Assembly: GCA_051362555.1 (NCBI GenBank)
Contig: CM120647.1
Span: forward strand, 9,424,001-9,488,000
Source: Lingula anatina
Taxonomy: Eukaryota; Animalia; Brachiopoda
DNA length: 64,000 bases
Reading direction: 5' to 3'
The stretch's first letter is position 1. The number at the start of each line of letters is the position of its first letter. The position numbers and the translations under genes were made by a program. The notes beneath the pieces were generated by a model that had not been told where the DNA came from, made no database searches, and saw only the letters and a program-made list of their open reading frames with translations. Shown piece by piece: positions 36,609-47,120 of this stretch.

Positions 36609-37305
36609 GATAAGATAAGATAAGAGTTTATTTAGCCAATTATAAAAATCGGAAATCATTTTCCATTGGAGCAATATACAGAGTAAAATAATAAAATAAT
36701 ACAATAAATAAATAAATTAAGAATTTAGCTTTGAGATCAAATTAAAATGCGTCACTGCACTTGGATAAAAGCTGTTTAAAAAGCGTTTACTGCCTTTAAA
36801 AGTTAAAAGTCTACTGTTGCTTGGTAAAAAAGTAAAAAGAGAGGATGCAGGATGGAAAGCGTCTTTCATGGTGTTGACAATTCTTTTCTCCATCCTGTCC
36901 TTAAAAATATCATCCAGCTTGGGGAGATCTTGCCCGATAATCGTGCTTGCAGTTTTTACAACGTTTGCTAATTTCTTCCTTTCCTCCCCAGCTGTTCCGC
37001 TATACCATATTATAATTCCGTACGCTAGAATGCTTTCAATTACACACCTATAAAAATTGACTAAAATAGGCACACTATCAGTAAAAGTTCTCAATGATCT
37101 TAAAAAATACAGTCTTTGCCGTGCCTTCTTTACACTCTTTACGGTGTTATCTTTCCAATTCAATTTACTGTTAAGGTGTATACCAAGTAGTTTAAATTCC
37201 TCTACCCTACTAACTTCATCATTACCAATGGTGAGTGGTACCTTTACATTCTGATTCCTTCTAAAATCCACTATCATTTCTTTGGTTTTAGCTACGTTCA
37301 GCTAC
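36609..37305 (-). mobile_element. 5'-truncated LINE (Rex1/Babar-like, CR1/L2 group), RT C-terminal part
   Basis: LNVAKTKEMIVDFRR...FKLLGIHLNSKLNW...KKARQRLYFLRSL...FYRCVIESIL...SFYPSAV (ORF 36717-37277); AATAAA then (TCTTA)n tail; possible gaaaa TSD; absent at the paralogous site ~31775. Confidence 0.88.
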
Positions 37306-37507
37306 GAAAAAAACGCGAATAAGATACTTTCACATGTAGATAGCAAGTTGACTTTCAAGCGGCATGCTTTCAAGATACATGTACTATTACCGAGGAAATT
37401 TATAACTTAACAACGGGGAAGGATGGGGGGTGGGGGTATACCCTACCAGATGAACTTTGTGATAATACTTGGTACATTTGATGGGAACGTATATGTGTCG
37501 TTAGATG

Positions 37508-38773
37508 TCATTTTTCAATAGTCAGTGAAAATTTATTCGGTGCGGTGCAGTACAAAGTGTCAGGTGTAAAAGGCTGCAGACGACGGTTATCTAGTCCAAG
37601 AATTTTCTGTATTTCTGGTTTTTGCAACCAAGTTAATTTTCTTTTAATCATGGGATGGGTAGGGTCCCAGTGTTGAAGGATAAAGTCGGGCGTCACAAGA
37701 TACGAATGGTTACCCTTTCGTTTCGGTTTGCCAGGAATCTTGATGTTAAAGCCAGGCTGTAAGGTACCTGGACTTCCGAGCGAAGTGGTTCCTTTCAATA
37801 GAGTCTTGATTAATATGTTTGGCTTGGATGGGCTGGTCTTGGTTTTCGTCAGCAAGGCAGATGAGACGTAATCCCGCGGCTTTTCAAAATCCAAATATTT
37901 CTTATATCTGTCCTTTGAAACAGGTCTATTTGATAAAGAATTTGTAACATGCAGCGAGTTGCACTGCATGCGATAGCTGTGATATAGCATGGAGATCAAC
38001 TGACGAGTAATCCAGCCGCCATACCACCAAGATTCATAGTCTAGGTGCAAATCATACGGTAGCAAAAATGATAGTGTATCCTTGTGAAAAGCACTAAAAC
38101 ACTCGTCGAAATCCCAGTTCAAGTTTACGGGTAGTTTTTTATTGACAAACTGTCTCATATCTTGGTAACGTACATAACCCACAGCAGGTTGGTAATACAT
38201 AAGAAACTCCTCGAACCTCTGATAAGGGTCTGATGCCATCTTGGACCAAACTTTCCAATTGACCTGCCCATCCGACCTAACCGAAAGCTCCAAGTCATCG
38301 TCCATTATTATATAGTAACTATAACCGCCATCTTTCATTTGGGCCGCTAAGGTGACCGCGTGCTGAAGAAGCACATTTCTACCGGAATGGATGGATGTCC
38401 CCGGGGCGTAAATATCACCTGACTTATCTGCAAATGTCATCCAAATAACGTCCCGTTCCTTAGTTTCTTCTAATCCTTTGATAACTCCCTTGGTTGGGCC
38501 CATAATGAGATACACAAATCGCTTGCCAGTTGTTCGCCTGTAATTTCTCTGTCGCACAACTGCATACCTTATCTCCAGCGTTAAATCTATGGACTCCGGC
38601 AAGTCATCGTGCCCAATGCCGACCCTACTTGTTGTAGTAGGAGGGGCTGTCTTGACCTCAATGCGTTTTCTTTTGTTGTTCACTGAAGTGATTTGATTTA
38701 TCCATAGAAACCACAACATAGAACCAGTCACTATTGTTGACAGACATATGTATATAAACCTCTTAGTTGTCAT
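37508..38773 (-). CDS. Putative GT-A-like type II membrane protein, copy D2 (421 aa)
   Basis: Intact ORF nearly identical to D1; acceptor at 38822-38823. Confidence 0.85.
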   Translation of the reverse strand: MTTKRFIYICLSTIVTGSMLWFLWINQITSVNNKRKRIEVKTAPPTTTSRVGIGHDDLPESIDLTLEIRYAVVRQRNYRRTTGKRFVYLIMGPTKGVIKGLEETKERDVIWMTFADKSGDIYAPGTSIHSGRNVLLQHAVTLAAQMKDGGYSYYIIMDDDLELSVRSDGQVNWKVWSKMASDPYQRFEEFLMYYQPAVGYVRYQDMRQFVNKKLPVNLNWDFDECFSAFHKDTLSFLLPYDLHLDYESWWYGGWITRQLISMLYHSYRMQCNSLHVTNSLSNRPVSKDRYKKYLDFEKPRDYVSSALLTKTKTSPSKPNILIKTLLKGTTSLGSPGTLQPGFNIKIPGKPKRKGNHSYLVTPDFILQHWDPTHPMIKRKLTWLQKPEIQKILGLDNRRLQPFTPDTLYCTAPNKFSLTIEK

Positions 38774-40227
38774 TATAACCTTCGGTAGTTGAGCATCAGT
38801 AAATCCGGCAATCTCCAAAAGCTGTAATATAAGATAGAAAACCATATATATGACTAAGTAGCTTTCTACCAGTATATTAGCTGTTGTTTGAAGAAAATAT
38901 CACTGCTTTATCCTCATATAACAATCATTTTTAATCATTTCATTTCTTATTCTTTTTTAAATATTGATATTTCTCTCTGTTAAAACCTTTGTGTTAAAAC
39001 AGCATACGGTTTACTTAATATTGTTTTTGAATCGGTGTTTGCAAAATGCGTATTTACACTTTTAAAATTATAATTATAAATATATATATATATATCGTTT
39101 TGAAAATGTTTCCAAAATGATATTCGACCGGTGGCAAAGTGCAGCGCTGTACAGGTACATCTGCCGATGTGTCCATAATGTGAACTACCGGTATCTATTT
39201 ATATCGTCATCGAACACTAACATTGTGGCCGCAATCCTATTTCTAAATGCGTAGTATAGTTTGTTTTCGTATGTCGTTACGAAATTTTACTCACTGTTAC
39301 TCACAAACATATTTGATAACAGTCTGCGTATAAATGAACCCCCTCCCCCGTAAATAAAGCTGAAATTTTGTTCTCCATTTTTTAACCAAAATAATAAAAT
39401 GACCTAAATACACAGCCTAAATACACAGCCTTTACACCAAGTACAAACGCAAGCATTTCAACAGTACCTGTCGCTGTTTTTGCCTCGTTTTCCCGTCCTT
39501 CTAGCTTTAGTGTTCATAAAACTGCTTCCTAGAGCCTAGGTACGAAGACTCCGTGAACGGACGACTAATTCGGAACTTGTTGGCATTTTTTCATGATTGT
39601 CTGTGTGAAAGTTTGTTTGAATAAATCGTCATCTGGGCGACAACGACCGTTCTATACAATATTGACTAATGTGAGCTACTACTTCCACTCCAACCAAGAC
39701 TACTATGTGAAGTCAATCATATTGTGATCCAACAGGAATAGGCCAACGTGTGAAATTTAATGGAAACTCGTTATAAAATTCGACATGTATCATGTTTCCG
39801 CATCTAAAAGAGATCGTATAAGTTTCAGGCACTCCAAATTGGTCGCTTGAAATGAGATAGGAATATGTAGATTAGATAGTTCGTATAATTTTGAACAATA
39901 AAATTGGACTGCCTTTTACTAATCTGTAATCTGTATAATTTTGGACAGATGCTTAACATTGATAGCATCATTTAAATGTACATGTATAGGAAGGAAAACA
40001 GTAATTTGCATCATATAAATATGTATCTCTAAAGGGTCGTACATGAAGTCAAACAAGACTTGGGGAGGCTTGCAATTACAGCAATATGAAATTATCTTTT
40101 GTTACAGGTAGTTTGTTAAATGATCCTCCAGGTATGTATAAATATATATTTATTCGGATGTCTTTTGGCATCACAAAGTAAAAGTGCTCTATTTTGGCAA
40201 TAGAATAACAAGTACATCCCAATCTAG

Positions 40228-40714
40228 CCGAATCCTCCCCCTGCAAATCTAGATGAACTGCGAGATGCCCTTCAAGATGAATGGACCAGAATTCCTCTTC
40301 AAAGAGCTGTTACTCTAGTTCACAGTATGCCACGCCGTCTGGCGGCCATTATCCAAGCTCGGGGTGGGCATACCCGCTATTGAGATTAGTAATGAACTCT
40401 GAAGATGTTTCTTGACAATTTCCCCTAATTTCATATTAATTGTCAATCACAGTATAAATTTATGTTTAATTTTTTACTTGGTACTGTTATGTAAAAAAAG
40501 TATTCTCTTTGGGGGCATGAGAAAAAAAAACCCTAAATAAATTAACGCTTTTTTCACATTTGCATTGGTTGTTTCTCCTTGACTTTACCAATCCTCCAGC
40601 TTCACATATTTAACAATATAAACAGTATTAATTTGGTAATATCAATAATAATGAAAGAAACAGGGCGATATGCATCCCAAAATTTCCGTGTACCAACCAT
40701 TTTGGGCAAGAGTG
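40228..40714 (+). mobile_element. Tc1 3' fragment, duplicated copy
   Basis: 40228-40383 encodes ...LQDEWTRIP...HSMPRRLAAIIQARGGHTRY*; same TG-TA end. Confidence 0.85.
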
Positions 40715-41251
40715 TAGAAGGCTTTCCTAGGCACATTTTGTCACATTTTTTGTTTATCTTTTATATTTGTGTGTTCATACTATACAGTAAACGCCAAAAT
40801 GTATTGAATCCGTTGGGGTTAAAATGACACCCTTATGTTTTGTACACGGATTAAAATTGTTTAAATATATTCCGTTGTACATTATAGTTTCAAGCGATCC
40901 TTTGTACAGTACATTATCATTAAGTATACATGTTACTGATAATGTAGAATAGAGAGATAGAGAAGTCAGGGTTTTAACAGTAATTTAAAATGTAAATGAG
41001 TTAGGATGCAGAACAAATGTGAACGAGAGAGGACTAGAGAATTTCTAAAGTCAGCAGCTATGGGGCAGTGAGTTGCTGAATTAAAAGATGTAATGAAATT
41101 GTAAAGCATCGCTGCCTTAGTCACATTTGTAATACATGTAAATTGGTGATAAACAAAATCACGTGTAACGTGTCGGCTTTGGCTGGTGTAGCCTTTTTCT
41201 TTAGCAATGCAGACGATAAGTAGTCCCGCTGTTTTTTATAATAATAAAAAA

Positions 41252-41581
41252 ATTGTATCTGTCCTTTTAAACAGGGCTCCGTAACTCGAAAGCAACGCGA
41301 ATAGCGATATCACCTTTTATTTCGAGGCTGTTATATGGAGCGAGTATAGGCGAGATATGGAATCGAGACGCTTGCGCTCGGTAGCAAATCGCGATGCTTT
41401 CGAATTACGGGGCCCTGGGCTCCGTATCTCGAAAGGTTCGCTATGTTGCGCACGTGCGTTAGTGTCTCGATTCCATATCTCGCCTATACTCGCTCCATAT
41501 AACAGCCTCGAAATAAAAGGTGATATCGCTATTCGCGTTGCTTTCGAGTTACGGAGCCCTGTTTAAAAGGACAGATACAAT
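41252..41581. repeat. Perfect 118-bp inverted repeat with 94-bp spacer
   Basis: 41252-41369 is the reverse complement of 41464-41581 by direct reading. Confidence 0.9.
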
Positions 41582-41588
41582 AAAAACC

Positions 41589-41970
41589 GGATGGATGTCC
41601 CCGGGGCGTAAATGTCACCTGATTTATCCGCAAATGTCATCCAAATGACGTCCCGTTCCTTGGTTTCTTCTAATCCTTTGATAACCCTTTTGGTTGGACC
41701 CATAATGAGATACACAAATCGCTTGCCAGTTGTTCTCCTGTAATTTCTCTGTTGCACAACTGCATACCTTATCTCCAACGATAAATCTATGGATTCAGGC
41801 AAGCCATCGTACCCGATACCTATCCTAGTAATAGGAGGAGCTTCCTTGACGCCAATGTCCTTTCTTTTGTTGTTCACTAAAGTGATCTTATCTACCCATA
41901 GAAACCACAACACAGAAATAGTGACTATTGTTGACAGACAAACGTGTATAAACCTCTTGGTTGTCATCAT
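41589..41970 (-). pseudogene. 3'-truncated family member E (anchor, stem and first strands only)
   Basis: MMTTKRFIHVCL...YAPGTSI, then runs into the inverted repeat and stops at 41563; acceptor at 42016-42017 retained; no DDD motif. Confidence 0.85.
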
Positions 41971-42952
41971 AACCTTCAGTAGTTGAGCATCAGTAAATCC
42001 GGCAATCTCCAAAAGCTGTAATTTAAGATAAACCACTATATTTATTATTTACATGTTTTCCATATTAGCTACTGGTTGAAGAAACGCTGCTTTCACCTTA
42101 CATGACAATAATTTTGAATTATTTTGCGTTAGGTAATTTATTTTATTTCTTGTTCATTTTTAAATATCGATGTTTCCTTTTATCAAAACTCTTGCACTAA
42201 TAACTTCATTGGTTTAAAAAAGGACCCAGTCTTTCTCCTACTTGTTCAAATGGAGTATGCATAACATACAGGTCACTAAATGATGTTCTTTGAATGGTTC
42301 GTTGTAAAATGTGTATTCACGCTTTTAAAATTATATTTATCTATCTATCTTTTTTGAAAATGCTTGCAAAATGTTATGCAATTGCAAAGTGCAGTTGTAC
42401 AGATACATTTACCGTTGTTTCCATAATGTGTAGTCTATTTATGAAATCTTTCTATGAAATTTTACTCACTGTTACTCACAAACATATTTGATTTAAGTCT
42501 GCGTATAAAAGTATTAACAAAGCAATAAAATGACCTTAAATATAATACACAGCGTTTACGGTTGTTAAATAATACCAAGTATAAAAGAAAACCATGTCAG
42601 CAGTACCTGTCACTTTTTTCGTCTCGTTTTTACCGTCCTCAGGGGCGGGTGGAGACCGTCTACTGGGTCTTTCGGATGACGGTCTATATTTTTCAAGATT
42701 TCGTGGACGACCTTCTTACTTTGCCTACGGCGGTTTTTCATAACTTTCTTCAGGAAATGTCACAAGATTATGCATGGTCGACTCGAGTGGTTTCGATTAC
42801 ATCAAAAGCTGACAGTGTTCCATATTTATTATCATCAGATGACAAGCCCAAAATGCCTGGTTGTTCACCAGAGGGACATTTCATAGTTGATTTTTCCGTG
42901 ACATCTTCTACATTGGTGCGGTACAACAATAGTTTACATACGAAATGTCTTT

Positions 42953-43465
42953 ATAATAATAACAATAGTAATAATATTATAAATAACAACAATAATGATA
43001 ATAATAATAATACTAATAAATTTAATATGAGACTTAAGTGCCGTATTTCGCATAGTTCTTACACCCAGGTTTTTCCTTCTCTTGCATTCCTTTATCAAAA
43101 TTTCCCCAGATGTCAATTAGCTGTTAAATTCTGAGTTCCAGTAAATTTTTAAAATATTTTTTCCTTAGATCACTGTTATGTGGGCAAATACAGACAAAAT
43201 GAACTTCATCCTCTATGAATTTCCATCGCAAAATATACATTTTCTATTTTCTTTTGGTTGGTTATGGTATCTCCCGTTTTCAATCATTAGTTTATGGTCT
43301 GATATTATGAATCGACATATTGTTTGTCTTGTTTTAAAAGAGAGACTTTTTCTTAGGTAGCACTGCAGGTCAAAATGCCCGTCAAGTGTCTGTATAATAA
43401 ACATTTAGATGATTCTTGGATTATTATACAAATTTCGTGAATTGAATTATCATATAAACGTTCTA
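42953..43465 (-). mobile_element. Decayed LINE 3' end (RTE-X-like, tentative)
   Basis: RQTICRFIISDHKLMIENGRYHNQPKENRKCIFCD..EDEVHFVCICP, a C-terminal zinc-knuckle pattern with stops, followed by an (ATT)n-like tail at 42953-43015. Confidence 0.7.
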
Positions 43466-44314
43466 AAAAAAATTGGCTACAACCGATATGTTTTAATGCT
43501 CCCAGATATCTGACAGTCCAAGGGACCATTCCCAGACACTATCGTACTAGCAGGATCGATCCATCTCCAAGGGATTTTTCGCTAAATTGCTTTTAGATGT
43601 CTGGCACGCCTACTACGCAGCTAAACGATGATTAATTGCCCCCTGTGTAGTGACGAACTTCCCATTGTGATTTAACAGCAGGTAGGGAAAACTATTGGTT
43701 TTCTGAATTCTCTGTCCATTATAGGACAACGATTCACTTTCATGAATTTTCCCATTTTTTCTTTTTAAATCACAAACTTTGCAAACAGTAGAAACCTGCT
43801 TTTCGGCCAGATCCGAACTTATGCGAGCTTTTTGAACCCCTTCGTCTTCTGTACGGTGTTGCTTTCTCTATCATGGAGGACTCTCTGTCACGTTACACCA
43901 GTCGTCATGTGATGACCTCAATACCACCGGCAGTGTCGCCTGCACTGACATTTCCCTGAAAATGTCCTTGTGATAAGGACGAAACGTTGTTATCTAGAGC
44001 TGCAAAATATCTGGCAGATCTATGCGAGTGTCCAGTATTTACATTAAAGTGAATATTTTTTTGTTTTCGAACGTTACAGGCAAAGATTGTTATCCTGGGC
44101 GGTTATTTTTCATCTTTGTAACTAAGGGTATGAATAAATATCTGGAGAAACAAATATTTCTTTTGCATTAACAGAAAATAATCTTCTCTTTCATACGAAC
44201 GATGACATTGAATAAAACATATTTAGGACAAGATAGCATTAATTTAATTAATAAATTTTAATGTTGAAGTCGTTTGAAAGTCCAGTGATTGGTAAGTATA
44301 TTTTTAAATTAATG

Positions 44315-45604
44315 TCATTGTCCAATAGTCAGTGAAAATTTATTTGGTGCGGAGCAGTACAAAGTGTCAGGTGTAAACGGCTGCAGACGACGGTTATCTA
44401 GTCCGAGAATTTTCTGTATTTCTGGCTTTTGCAACCAAGTTAATTTTTTTCTGATCATGGGATGGGTAGGGTCCCAATGCTGTAGGATGAAATCAGGCGT
44501 TACAAGGTACGAATGGTTGCCTTTTAGTTTTGGCTGGCCGGGAATCTTGATTTTAGAGCCCGGTTGTAGGGTACCAGGATCTTGGCGGGAGGACGTTCCT
44601 TTTAACACAGCTTTGATTAATGGGTTGGCTTTGGCTGGGCTGGCTTTTGTTTTCGTTAGTAATGCAGACGAGATGTAGTTTCGTGGTATTTCGTAATCAA
44701 AATATTGCTTGTATCTTTCCTTTGAAACAGATCTTTTGTGTATACGATTTGTAACAAGCAGCGAGTTGCACTGAATGCGATAGCTGTGATACAGCATCGA
44801 AATCAACTGACGAGTCATCCAGGCGCCATTATACCACGATTCATAATCTAGGTGCAAATCATACGGTATCAGAAAGGACAGTGTATCCTTGTGAAAAGCG
44901 TTCAAACACTCATCAAAATCCCAGTTTAAGTTTACGGGTTCTTGTTTATTGACAAACTGCCTGACCATGTCTTCGAAACGCACGTAACCCACAGCAGGTT
45001 GGTAATACATTAAAAACTCCTCAAATCTCTGAAAAGGATCCGCGGCCATTTTGAGCCAAGATTTCCAGTTGACCTGCCCGTCTGATTTTACCGAAAGCTC
45101 CAAGTCGTCGTCCATGAATATATAGTAGAGATAACCGCCGTCTTGCATTTGGGCCGCTAAGTTGACCGCGTGCTGAAGAAGCACACTTCTCCCGGAAGCA
45201 ACGGATGTATCCGGGGCGTAAATGTCACCAGACCTATCTGCAAACGTCATCCAAATCACGTCGCGTTCCTTAGTTTCTTCTAATCCTTCAATGGCCGTCT
45301 TTGTTGGGCTCTCAATAAGATACACAAATCGCTTCCCAGATGTCAGTCTGTGATCTCTCTGTCGCACAACTGCATACCTTACCCCCCTTGTTAAGTCTAC
45401 GGACTCGGGCAGGTCGTCGTATGCGGTTCCCATGCTGCCAGTAGGAGGCGCTGTTTTTGAGTTTTTCGGATTGGCTGCCTCGACATCAATGTCCTCTCTG
45501 TTGTTGTTCACTAAAGCGCTTTGATTTATCCATAGAAACCACAACATAGAACCAGTCACTACTGCTGAGAAAAGTACGTGTGTGAATTTCTTAGTTGTCA
45601 TCAT
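44315..45604 (-). CDS. Putative GT-A-like type II membrane protein, copy F (429 aa, most divergent)
   Basis: Intact ORF; track start 45646 is TTG, first ATG is 45604; acceptor at 45650-45651; YLYYIFMDDD; SWYNGAW variant. Confidence 0.87.
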   Translation of the reverse strand: MMTTKKFTHVLFSAVVTGSMLWFLWINQSALVNNNREDIDVEAANPKNSKTAPPTGSMGTAYDDLPESVDLTRGVRYAVVRQRDHRLTSGKRFVYLIESPTKTAIEGLEETKERDVIWMTFADRSGDIYAPDTSVASGRSVLLQHAVNLAAQMQDGGYLYYIFMDDDLELSVKSDGQVNWKSWLKMAADPFQRFEEFLMYYQPAVGYVRFEDMVRQFVNKQEPVNLNWDFDECLNAFHKDTLSFLIPYDLHLDYESWYNGAWMTRQLISMLYHSYRIQCNSLLVTNRIHKRSVSKERYKQYFDYEIPRNYISSALLTKTKASPAKANPLIKAVLKGTSSRQDPGTLQPGSKIKIPGQPKLKGNHSYLVTPDFILQHWDPTHPMIRKKLTWLQKPEIQKILGLDNRRLQPFTPDTLYCSAPNKFSLTIGQ

Positions 45605-46743
45605 ATCCCTCGGTTGTTGACCATCGATAAATCTGGTACTCTTCAAAATCTGTAATTTAAGATATATATATATTTTCTGTATTAGATATTAACGGGAAGA
45701 AATTCAATGTTTTATCTTTATATGAAAATAATTTTATGTTTGATAATTTATTTTATTACCTATTCACGCTTTAAAAATGTGTATTATCTTTATTTTGAAA
45801 TGTTTGTAAAATGCTTTCGGGTGCAGCTCTACAGGTATATCTACCGCTGTGTTCATACATGTAATGTGAGGTATGGCTCTCTGTGTATTCCATCAACAAA
45901 TACTGGTAAAAGTGCACCATTGTGACAGCATTCTTATTTTAAAATGCATAGTAAAATTTGTTGCTCGTATATCTTCATGAAATTTCACGCACTGATAGGC
46001 TACACCTAAACATTTCAGCCTGTTTATAAACAAGCACCCCTTCCCATCTCCGTAAATAAAGCTGAAACTGTGATCTCTGTCTATTAACCAAAGTATGTAA
46101 TTAAATGACCCTAATACACAGCGTTTACGGGTGTTAAAAATATTTAGTAGAAAAAAAAGCATTTCAACAGTACCTGTCACTGTTTGCGTCTCGTTTTCCC
46201 TTCTCCCACCGAAGGTCTAAGTATACTGGAACTTAGGCACAAACTAATGGCAGCATTTTCATGATTTTCTGATTTAATCAGAATAGGCCAGCAGGTGTAA
46301 TTGTATGATAATGATATGTGCTGTGCTCCTAAAGGTATAACATATAACCGTTTATCTAAAAAGAGATCGTATCCGTTTGAGATAATTCAAAATGATCCCG
46401 TGAAGTGATGAGATGCGAGAATGTCGTTTTAGTAGATCGCAAAACTTTGGACAGCGTCATTTAAATAAACGGGAGGAAAACTTATCTGTTAGATAAATAT
46501 GCATCTCTAAAAGATCGTGCGTAACAGCGGACAAGACTTGGAGAGGCTTGCAATTTAAGCAAAATAAAATTACCTTGTACTACAGATAGATCGTCTGGTG
46601 AATAAATAGATATTTACTTGACTCGGGTGTCTCACCACACAAACTTAAAATGCACTATATGGAATATTACATATGCGTAACGATCTGAAAGTGGAATAAT
46701 GGCTGGGCTAGAGGCAGTCAGTTCTCTTAGTTAAGATAAATCT

Positions 46744-46921
46744 CAGGCCCGTAACCAGGAGGGTTCGGGGGGGGGGGGGGGTCGAAAGAGCCCCCCTTTT
46801 TGCTCGGGAAAGGTCCACTCTGGGTAAATTTGATCCAGGTGAACTAAGGTTTCATGAGAAAAGGTTCACATTTTCAGAAAAAGAACTCCTCCCCCTTTTG
46901 CAATTGCTGGCTACGGGCCTG
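46744..46921. mobile_element. hAT-like MITE
   Basis: TIR caggcccgtaaccag / ctggctacgggcctg; no clear TSD. Confidence 0.6.
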
Positions 46922-46952
46922 ACTCTCTTATTAGCCAATGCATGATACATGT

Positions 46953-47120
46953 CAAGGGTGGATTTAGGCCGTCTTCTGGGTCTTCCGGAAGACGGACAGA
47001 TTTTCAAGTTTACATTGACGGGTATCTGATTTTTTCTGTCGGAAGACGGTCAAAAATGGAGGATGGATCAACAAAGATAATTTGGAAGACTGTCAGAAAA
47101 TATCTTTGAATCCGTCCCTG
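46953..47120. mobile_element. hAT-like MITE
   Basis: caagggtggattta / tgaatccgtccctg with internal gaagac repeats; related start at ~42640. Confidence 0.55.

Noticed and set aside
42562-43134. 190-aa plus-strand ORF with Asn run
   Set aside because: Chance read-through across an intron end, a MITE and the LINE (AAT)n tail.
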